Origin: Nanobdellota archaeon
GTDB lineage: Archaea; Nanobdellota; Nanobdellia; Pacearchaeales; GW2011-AR1
NCBI GenBank assembly: GCA_038045265.1
Contig: JBBSYL010000015.1
Span: 21,780-53,779 of the forward strand
DNA length: 32,000 nt
Reading direction: 5' to 3'
The notes beneath the pieces were generated by a model. It saw only the letters and a program-made list of their open reading frames with translations. It was not told the origin of the DNA and searched no databases. Each line of letters starts with the position of its first letter. Position 1 is the first letter of the stretch. Positions 26,094 through 32,000 of the stretch are shown one piece after another. The position numbers and the translations under genes are program-made.

Positions 26094-27389
26094 ATGCAAA
26101 AATCAAGATTTAATATTTTAAACTATATTCCAGAAGATGGAGCAGAGTTTGTATTAAATAAAGCAGAAGAAATAAAAAGATATGCAAGGGGCGTAGAGGA
26201 CAGATTAAAATTAGTTTCAAAATTATTTTTAAGAAGAAGGTTTGGGTGTGCGGAGGCAATTGTTCAAGGAGAGTTTCCCAGACTGCCTAAAAGAGTATTT
26301 CATGGACAGCAAAGATTCTGCGAAGAAGAAGCCGTCAAGGATTTTCTTCTTCTTTCTGCATTGGGAATTCCAAGACTTTATGCATCATGCGAAAATTTCA
26401 AAAATCTTGGTTTAGGTCATGCATTAGTTTTGGTTCCTTCAAAAAGCCATTTCATCATGCCATATTATGGAGATTTAATGAATGTTAAAATGGAAGGAGA
26501 TAGATTATATGATTTGGATACTAGAACATGTGTAGCATCTGGCTTAGATATAAAACCTGATGAACAAGTTTTGGCATTATTAAGACAAAACAAAAGAAAA
26601 GTTTTAGGCAGAGCCACAAGCCCTCAATTGCTTGATAGAGTAAGAACAAATAGGGGAAACATAGAAGCAAGAATGTTTTACTCTCCAGATGAACTGAGAA
26701 TTGAATATATAGTAACTGATGTAACCACAAATTCTCCTTTTTATTATGACCAAAGATTAAAAAAATCGGGCAATACTTTCTTAGCTTTAGAAGAATGCGG
26801 ACTTGCACTAAACAGGGCAGGATTTTCGTGTAACAAGATACCTTTGTTTACTTCTCCTCCATTAAAGAGCTTAACAAAACAAGCAACTCAATCAATTAAA
26901 GATTCAGAGACAAGAAACTTAACTCTTGGAGTTATGTATAACATAATGCTTGAAAGTTGTGGAGATGACTTTTTATCCACCGCAAGTGAGCGCTGGGAAC
27001 TTGTTGCAGATTTAGAGAGTAAATCAAAAAGCCAAGATAAAGCAACAGCAGATGAAGCAAGAGCAACACTAGATTATAATACTCTGCTTAGAAGAGTAAA
27101 CGGACCTGTTGCTTCAGCAACTTATCTTGACTCTCTAATAGTAAGAATGGAAACTTTCAGAAGAGATGGCTTAAATCTTGGACAGGCATTCAGAAGAATT
27201 TCCGCACTTCCATTTCCAGCAGGATTGTTTTCAGAATTTTGTAGAATAAATATTAAGAGTTTAAAAGATAATTATTTTAACAATTATCTTAACGCAGAAT
27301 TAAAGCTTACAGAGGAATTCACTTCTTCAAATCCAAGAAAACTGCCTAAATTAATGTTAGATTTAGTCTTAATTTGTTACTCAAGTTAA
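26094..27389 (+). CDS. hypothetical protein with a possible N-terminal transglutaminase-like (papain-fold) Cys-His-Asp core
   Basis: It starts 1 nt after the upstream stop. GQQRFC(76)EEEAVKDFLLLSALGIPRLYAS ... GH(109)ALVLV ... YYGD(127) matches the spacing of the TGase-core pattern G.C..FA......LRALGIPAR ... HAW.EV ... D. This is a motif-level match only. Confidence 0.65.
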   Translation: MQKSRFNILNYIPEDGAEFVLNKAEEIKRYARGVEDRLKLVSKLFLRRRFGCAEAIVQGEFPRLPKRVFHGQQRFCEEEAVKDFLLLSALGIPRLYASCENFKNLGLGHALVLVPSKSHFIMPYYGDLMNVKMEGDRLYDLDTRTCVASGLDIKPDEQVLALLRQNKRKVLGRATSPQLLDRVRTNRGNIEARMFYSPDELRIEYIVTDVTTNSPFYYDQRLKKSGNTFLALEECGLALNRAGFSCNKIPLFTSPPLKSLTKQATQSIKDSETRNLTLGVMYNIMLESCGDDFLSTASERWELVADLESKSKSQDKATADEARATLDYNTLLRRVNGPVASATYLDSLIVRMETFRRDGLNLGQAFRRISALPFPAGLFSEFCRINIKSLKDNYFNNYLNAELKLTEEFTSSNPRKLPKLMLDLVLICYSS

Positions 27390-27409
27390 ACACAATTTCG
27401 CGAAAAAAG

Positions 27410-27417
27410 TTTAAATA
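27410..27417 (+). promoter_or_regulatory. BRE/TATA element (AAAAGTTTAAATAC) for the GHKL ATPase gene
   Basis: There are 21 nt between TTTAAATA and ATG 27439. The 14-mer is the same as at 3811-3824. Confidence 0.55.
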
Positions 27418-27438
27418 CATCCCATGCTAAAAATTTAA

Positions 27439-29409
27439 ATGTCCCAGCAACCTTTAGAAGTTTTGGTAGTAAATAGAACAGTCGGAGAGGATCTCCTAGA
27501 AACAGTAAGCAATAATGTTTGTGACGGTCCATTGCATGCAGTAGCAGAACTTGTTGCTAATTCTTGGGATGCCGATGCACATTTAGTTGAGATAGAAATA
27601 GACAAGCCGGGAAATAGAATTTTGATAAAAGATGATGGTTCAGGAATGGACAGAGCAGGGATTGATGCATTTTACAGAACTGGAGATAGCCCAAAGAAAG
27701 TTGAAAAAACTTCCCCCAGTGGAAGACCAAGATTGGGCAGATATGGAATTGCCGCCTTTGCAACAAAAGCTCTAGCTAACGTCTGTGAATTAACTACAAT
27801 AAGAGATAGAAGTAGATTCCATTGCAGAGAAGAATTTGGAGAATCACAATTAATAGGAAAGTCATTAGAAGTTTCCGTTTTCAAAGCTCCAGAAAGAGAA
27901 CACGGAACGGAGATTTTACTTACTAATTTAAAAGTTGCAGATTATGCAGAATTTAATCAATTTGAATTAAGAAGTTATCTTGCTTCCCATTTTCATCAGA
28001 TAAGAGCAGAAAATAATTTTGTTGTTATTGTAAACGGAGAGTCGGTAAAATCAAGAGTAATAGAAGGAGCAGTCAGATTTTCAGTTGATACAGCGGGCGA
28101 ACACACTGGACCAATTAAAGGCACGATATATTTGACAGGAAGAAGAACAAAGGATGCAGGAGTGCATATTAGGGTAGATGGTAGAGAAATAGGAGACTCA
28201 AAGAGGCTTATTAATTTAGAATATATAAAGCGTTCAACCGCAGGAAGAGTCATTGTAGAAGTTCAAGCAGACGATATGCGCCAGTACATTACCTCAAGAA
28301 GAGACGGGTTTATTCCTGGAAAAGCGCTGGACGAATTAAAAAGATTAATCAGAAAAGAATTAATAGAAGTCAATAGGTATGCTGTCCAAGGTGCGACAGC
28401 GACTAAATCAAGGCACTTGAGAGGAAAGAGAGATAAGGTTCTTACAAATGTAAAAGCTCACTTTAAGTCTAGGCAAGTCCCAGAAATTGCAGAAGTGTCT
28501 TTAATATTTGAATCAGAAAATAAACAAGAAGTTCCATCGCATCTTCCAGCACTTTATGATGAAAAGTCAAGAAGAGTAGTATTAAATCCAAATTATGCAA
28601 CCTTAGATACTGATAAAGCTCAAAATGAACTTTCTTTAAAGCTTGGAGTAGTTGATGCTGTTGCAACCGCCATTGCAGAATTTAGAACAAGGGGTTCAGG
28701 TTTAGGGCAATTAGAAAGATTCCTAAAACATAAAGCTTTGCTATTAGCACAAGTCGCACCAAGACATAAAAAAGAAGAAAAAGGAAGCGAAATATTTTCA
28801 AATGCACATTACGAACTTAAGACTCTTGCCAGTTTATCAGGCCACTCAATCCCCCATCTTAGACACGCTGTAAGCGGAGGATTGCTTTCAGTTACCCAAA
28901 GCGGAGAAGTTATGGGCATAGCCTTTAAGGAAATGATCAGAAGGGTTGGTGGTTTAATCACTCTTTATCAATTAATAGAAGAAAACGTACCCATGAAAGA
29001 TCAAGCAGAGCAATTAAGACACGGGCAAAGATTCACAAAAGTATTATCTTTAATGGGTGATGAAACAGTTACTCCATTCTTTCATAATCTTACTACTAAT
29101 GGTAGTCCCTGCTATTTTGCAGAACCATCATGCGCTAAAGAATTAGCAGATTTAATGGCAGGCACAGACCTTAGAAAAATAAGAGATTCAGAATTGCCAG
29201 GTATAATGAAGGCCCATAAAGAGCAGTATTTTAGTCTTGGAGATATGGCAGAAAGACTTAAGATGCTTAAAGGAGACGTTGCGGGCGTATTAAATTATGT
29301 AGAATCAAAAGGCCTAAAAATTGATCAGAGAGAAAGAGGAAGAGGAATTCAGATAAATTACGCAGATTTCATATCTGCTTTACAGCATAAAAGAAAAGCA
29401 GAGTTTTAA
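27439..29409 (+). CDS. GHKL-superfamily ATPase (HATPase_c_3 / MORC-Hsp90-like Bergerat fold) with a long C-terminal extension
   Basis: The N box is ELVANSWDA (27547-27573). The G1 box is IKDDGSGM (27631-27648). The G2-like box is GRYGIAAFA. A GTEILL motif follows. The C-terminal about 400 aa are helical or wHTH-like and I cannot assign them. Confidence 0.8.
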   Translation: MSQQPLEVLVVNRTVGEDLLETVSNNVCDGPLHAVAELVANSWDADAHLVEIEIDKPGNRILIKDDGSGMDRAGIDAFYRTGDSPKKVEKTSPSGRPRLGRYGIAAFATKALANVCELTTIRDRSRFHCREEFGESQLIGKSLEVSVFKAPEREHGTEILLTNLKVADYAEFNQFELRSYLASHFHQIRAENNFVVIVNGESVKSRVIEGAVRFSVDTAGEHTGPIKGTIYLTGRRTKDAGVHIRVDGREIGDSKRLINLEYIKRSTAGRVIVEVQADDMRQYITSRRDGFIPGKALDELKRLIRKELIEVNRYAVQGATATKSRHLRGKRDKVLTNVKAHFKSRQVPEIAEVSLIFESENKQEVPSHLPALYDEKSRRVVLNPNYATLDTDKAQNELSLKLGVVDAVATAIAEFRTRGSGLGQLERFLKHKALLLAQVAPRHKKEEKGSEIFSNAHYELKTLASLSGHSIPHLRHAVSGGLLSVTQSGEVMGIAFKEMIRRVGGLITLYQLIEENVPMKDQAEQLRHGQRFTKVLSLMGDETVTPFFHNLTTNGSPCYFAEPSCAKELADLMAGTDLRKIRDSELPGIMKAHKEQYFSLGDMAERLKMLKGDVAGVLNYVESKGLKIDQRERGRGIQINYADFISALQHKRKAEF

Positions 29410-29426
29410 TCTTTACAACAATAATT

Positions 29427-29434
29427 CTTATAAA
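29427..29434 (+). promoter_or_regulatory. TATA box (CTTATAAA) for ORF 29456-29737
   Basis: There are 21 nt between the box and ATG 29456. Confidence 0.45.
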
Positions 29435-29455
29435 CGCATTTAATACAGGTTTTTT

Positions 29456-29737
29456 ATGAATAGAGAATTAAAGTTACCCTTTGATACTTATGATTTGCCT
29501 CCCGCAATAGTAGAAGAACAAGCGACTTATTTAGATTATTTAAGCGAAGCAGAACAATCCCGTTTGCGAGAAGAAGTAGATAAATATGCAGATGAACACG
29601 CACACGAACATAATTGTGATGCAGATTTAATTGATTTACCTTGGGAAGGAAATAGATTGGAATATTTATCTCTCGCAAGAGTTTATTCTGAACCAGATGC
29701 GGAAGGAAGAAAACAATTTAAATCAGGTATTGGATAA
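29456..29737 (+). CDS. hypothetical acidic protein (93 aa)
   Basis: The ORF has a correctly spaced TATA box. Its last 55 nt overlap the convergent ORF 29683-29892. Confidence 0.45.
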   Translation: MNRELKLPFDTYDLPPAIVEEQATYLDYLSEAEQSRLREEVDKYADEHAHEHNCDADLIDLPWEGNRLEYLSLARVYSEPDAEGRKQFKSGIG

Positions 29738-29892
29738 GTGCATATTCCAATTCTCTCAGCATTTTCGATTTCTTCATCTTGAGCAAGCCATTCAACTTCA
29801 AGACGATGTGTTTTATGAATATGTTCTGCAAAAAGAGTAGAATGTCTATTGTCTATTAAATCATATCTTAATATTTGCATCTCTTTTGTCAT
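29683..29892 (-). CDS. hypothetical small protein (69 aa), possibly 3'-degenerate
   Basis: A minus-strand TATA-like GATTTAAAAG lies about 25 nt upstream of ATG 29892. The N-terminal 50 aa look protein-like. The C-terminal tail lies inside the convergent ORF and looks low-quality. Confidence 0.35.
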   Translation of the reverse strand: MTKEMQILRYDLIDNRHSTLFAEHIHKTHRLEVEWLAQDEEIENAERIGICTYPIPDLNCFLPSASGSE

Positions 29893-30016
29893 GTGGAACT
29901 ATGTCCATTAAATTGTGCTTTTAAATCTTATGCAGTTAAAAATTAGAATTTTTATTATATTTTGATTTTTTTGAATATTGTTTTTAAATCTTTGTCTAAA
30001 TTCAGGAATGAAGAAG

Positions 30017-30024
30017 ATTTATAT
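30017..30024 (+). promoter_or_regulatory. TATA box (TTTATATA) for hicBA
   Basis: There are 22 nt between the box and ATG 30047. Confidence 0.45.
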
Positions 30025-30046
30025 ATAATAAAATATAAAATACTAT

Positions 30047-30250
30047 ATGGCTGAATACAATTTAATAATAGAAAAAGACGAAGAAGGATGGTTTGTAGGT
30101 AGCATACCTGAATTGCCGGGTTGTTATACGCAAGCAAAAACAATACCTCAATTATTGGAAAGAATAAAGGAAGCAATAGAAGTTTATTTAGAAGGAGAGA
30201 AAAATATTCCCTTGATAAAGTTCATAGGTATTAGAAAAATAGAGGCGTAA
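30047..30250 (+). CDS. hicB: HicB-family antitoxin (UPF0150-type, N-terminal domain only)
   Basis: YNLIIEKDEEGWFVGSIPELPGCYTQAKTIPQLLERIKEAIEVYLEG is the canonical HicB/UPF0150 fold signature. Its stop overlaps the hicA start (TAATG). Confidence 0.85.
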   Translation: MAEYNLIIEKDEEGWFVGSIPELPGCYTQAKTIPQLLERIKEAIEVYLEGEKNIPLIKFIGIRKIEA

Positions 30251-30474
30251 TGGCGAAATTACCAAAAGTTTCTGGTAAAGAATTGTGTAGCATTTTAGAA
30301 AAGATTGGTTTTATAAAAATCTACGGAAAGGGAAGTCATGTAAAATTTAAGCATCCAGATGGAAGAAGGACAGTAGTACCTATACATGGAAATGAAGACA
30401 TTGGTCCAGGACTTCTTCTGGCTATATTAAGGCAAATTGGATTATCAAGAGAAGAATTTGAGAAGTTGTTATGA
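30250..30474 (+). CDS. hicA: HicA-family mRNA interferase toxin
   Basis: VSGKELCSILEKIGFIKIYGKGSHVKFKHPDGRRTVVPIHGNEDIGPGLLLAILRQIGLS is the canonical HicA (YcfA) sequence, including the catalytic His. Confidence 0.9.
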   Translation: MAKLPKVSGKELCSILEKIGFIKIYGKGSHVKFKHPDGRRTVVPIHGNEDIGPGLLLAILRQIGLSREEFEKLL

Positions 30475-30711
30475 TTTAAATCAAATAGAAAGATACGTAA
30501 ATGTCCATAAATTAGGATTTAAGTCTGTAAAATGGGACAGAATATCTCAAATGTCTTTCTTTAGAAACATGTTAGATTATTATGGAGAGAGCATACCTAT
30601 TGATTTCTACAACAAAAACAAAGATGACTTTGAAAGGATAATTGATATTCTGATAAAACTGACAAAGTAGTGATATTATATTAACTATACAATAGTAACA
30701 CAATAGAAAGA

Positions 30712-30719
30712 TTTATAAA
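30712..30719 (+). promoter_or_regulatory. TATA box (GAAAGATTTATAAAC context) for the DGR target gene
   Basis: There are 21 nt between the box and ATG 30741. Confidence 0.5.
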
Positions 30720-30740
30720 CGCACATAAATAATAAAGACT

Positions 30741-31577
30741 ATGCAAAATAAAGTAGAAAACCAAAGAATTGAAGGAACAAGTCTGTATATTTTTAACAAG
30801 GACGTTAAAACTGGAGATTTTACCTATTCAAGACCTATTAGTATGGATGAAGCAAAAGCAGTTGCAAGTAAAGTAGATGGATTAAACGTTGCAGATAATG
30901 GTTCATTGATTTATATGAATACATTAAGGGGAATAAGAGCAAACAGAGAATTAATGGCTCAAACTCAAGGAAATGTTTGGCTTCCAACAATTCAAGAAGG
31001 ATTTGTATTACATGATGCAAAACTTTTGCCCTCAAACGAATTAATGGATTTTGGAATAGCTCTTTACAACGTAGAAAATCCAGATAAGCAAATTGCAGGA
31101 AAATTAATAGAATGTGCAAGACAAAAAGGTTATGCAGTTCCAATATTGGCTTCATTTAAATCATTAGATTTAGAGCAAGGTGGAGAAAGATACGGAGTTA
31201 CACCTGTTTTTGTTTCTAAAGAAGGATTAATAACAGGACAAGATGCAGTAAAACTTTTAGAGAGATTTAATTTTAGAGGAAATTCAGGCGTTTGCAGGTT
31301 GGGCCGCAGCTACGGGGTTTGGGTTGCGGACTGGGACGTTAGCCTTGACGCGGACGGTGTCTGTCGGGTGGGGCGAGTTTCTGCCGTAGGCACCGCGAAA
31401 AATTTAATTGAGCTTGCTGAAAACGAAGTAAGAACAAAATATGATTCTAACAATGCAGTCACAAGAAAAGATATTGTTTCTTTGGAAAGCAAGATTGCAA
31501 CATTACAAAGCCAATTAACACAATCAGAAGCTGACAGACAAAAAAGTGTTGAATCTATAAAACAATTTCTTGCATAA
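30741..31577 (+). CDS. DGR target (variable) protein, 278 aa, with no signal peptide and the VR about 65 aa before the C-terminus
   Basis: The ORF contains the VR (residues about 183-211, ...GVCRLGRSYGVWVADWDVSLDADGVCRVG...). A predicted helical/coiled tail follows (NLIELAENEVRTKY...LQSQLTQSEADRQKSVESIKQFLA). Confidence 0.8.
   Translation: MQNKVENQRIEGTSLYIFNKDVKTGDFTYSRPISMDEAKAVASKVDGLNVADNGSLIYMNTLRGIRANRELMAQTQGNVWLPTIQEGFVLHDAKLLPSNELMDFGIALYNVENPDKQIAGKLIECARQKGYAVPILASFKSLDLEQGGERYGVTPVFVSKEGLITGQDAVKLLERFNFRGNSGVCRLGRSYGVWVADWDVSLDADGVCRVGRVSAVGTAKNLIELAENEVRTKYDSNNAVTRKDIVSLESKIATLQSQLTQSEADRQKSVESIKQFLA
31288..31371 (+). repeat. DGR variable region (VR)
   Basis: VR codons: GTT TGC AGG TTG GGC CGC AGC TAC GGG GTT TGG GTT GCG GAC TGG GAC GTT AGC CTT --- GAC GCG GAC GGT GTC TGT CGG GTG G. 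The patch is strikingly GC-rich in an AT-rich genome. Weaker similarity to the TR flank continues to about 31390 (CTGCCGTAGG versus CTGCTAGG). Confidence 0.85.
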
Positions 31578-31772
31578 TTTTAAAAGCAATTACTTTCTTA
31601 TAAGAGTCCTAGCCACATAAACAATGGCTGGGCCACACGTCAATTAATAGTGCTTTCTCTTACGAGAAAGCCATAAAATACAGTTGCAAAATATAGTAAG
31701 CTATGAAATACCTTTATGGATTGAGCTGAATTATTAAGCTACAGTGGAACTTTGATTAATTGGCTAATTTTA

Positions 31773-31859
31773 GCGTTTGCAGGTTGAACCGCAACAACGG
31801 CAATTGGAATGCGAACTGGAACGATAACCTTGATAACGCGAACGATAACTGTCGAATGG
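31773..31859 (+). repeat. DGR template region (TR)
   Basis: TR codons in the VR frame: GTT TGC AGG TTG AAC CGC AAC AAC GGC AAT TGG AAT GCG AAC TGG AAC GAT AAC CTT GAT AAC GCG AAC GAT AAC TGT CGA ATG G. That is 9 AAC and 2 AAT codons. The TR is non-coding and lies between the target gene and the RT. Confidence 0.85.
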
Positions 31860-31881
31860 CTCAGCCTGCTAGGAATTTACT

Positions 31882-32000
31882 ATGAAATCATACAACCATC
31901 TTTACAATCATATAATTTCATTTGAAAACTTAATTCTTGCTTGGAAAAAAGCAAGAAAGAATAAAACAAAAAAGAATTATGTAATTGAGTTTGAAAAATA
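31882..32000 (+). CDS. DGR-type reverse transcriptase, N-terminal 39 codons only (partial, runs off the window)
   Basis: MKSYNHLYNHIISFENLILAWKKARKNKTKKNYVIEFEK matches the conserved N-terminus of DGR and group-II-like RTs (L..I.S.ENL..A...A.KGK......EF). The catalytic motifs lie outside the window. Confidence 0.75.
   Translation, partial: MKSYNHLYNHIISFENLILAWKKARKNKTKKNYVIEFEK

Larger units (their letters stand above)
30741..32000 (+). mobile_element. diversity-generating retroelement cassette: target gene with VR, then TR, then reverse transcriptase (truncated by the window end)
   Basis: See the VR, TR and RT features. The two imperfect repeats differ almost only at template adenines. 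The template is rich in AAC codons. A DGR-RT-like N-terminus begins 9 nt after the TR-homology region. Confidence 0.85.

Noticed and set aside
30437-30670. A 77-aa ORF overlapping the 3' end of hicA.
   Set aside because: The first 38 nt lie inside hicA in another frame, and no TATA box sits at the expected spacing. A shorter 39-aa version from ATG 30551 is possible but unsupported. I left it uncalled.
31269-31276. A shared AATTTTAG 8-mer upstream of both the VR (31269-31276) and the TR (31765-31772), considered as an extension of VR/TR homology with a 12-nt gap.
   Set aside because: An AT-rich 8-mer match is expected by chance in this genome, and the intervening 12 nt have no counterpart. 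I did not use it to extend the repeat boundaries.
31288-31400. The GC-rich patch, considered as a fragment of a structural RNA gene or as a foreign insertion.
   Set aside because: It lies in-frame inside a continuous ORF and has an A-rich near-copy 485 nt downstream. The GC enrichment is explained by adenine-specific substitution (a DGR VR), not by an RNA gene or an insertion.

Overview
This is an AT-rich, gene-dense chromosomal fragment, roughly one-third G+C by eye (not computed). It is archaeal: it carries EF-1alpha, an archaeal DnaG/Toprim protein, a CDC48 AAA+ ATPase and a TrmB-type regulator. An 8-nt TATA box lies 20-23 nt upstream of most start codons, which points to leaderless mRNAs. 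Assigning it to a small-genome DPANN-type archaeon is inference only. Housekeeping genes are a CDP-alcohol phosphatidyltransferase, tRNA-Met(CAU), an M16 peptidase, RNase HII, chorismate mutase, an SMC-like ATPase, endonuclease IV, an hsp20-cdc48 operon, DnaG and EF-1alpha. Accessory content is three type II toxin-antitoxin pairs (MazEF-like, MNT/HepT, HicAB), an RHH/membrane/474-aa operon, an outer-membrane-like beta-barrel ORF and a SWIM zinc-finger protein. A three-gene cassette at 24464-29409 ends in a GHKL (MORC/Hsp90-type) ATPase. The strongest signal is a diversity-generating retroelement (DGR) at the 3' end. It has a 278-aa target gene with a GC-rich variable region (31288-31371) and an AAC-codon-rich template repeat (31773-59). 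19 of the 20 substitutions between the two repeats fall on template adenines. The 5' end of a DGR-type reverse transcriptase follows and is cut by the window edge. Other notable points are an SMC whose hinge appears replaced by a Rad50-type CPxC zinc hook, and a palindromic AGTATAC motif shared by two promoters. The leader of the GHKL cassette also holds nested, mutually exclusive palindromes. I saw no rRNA genes and no CRISPR array.
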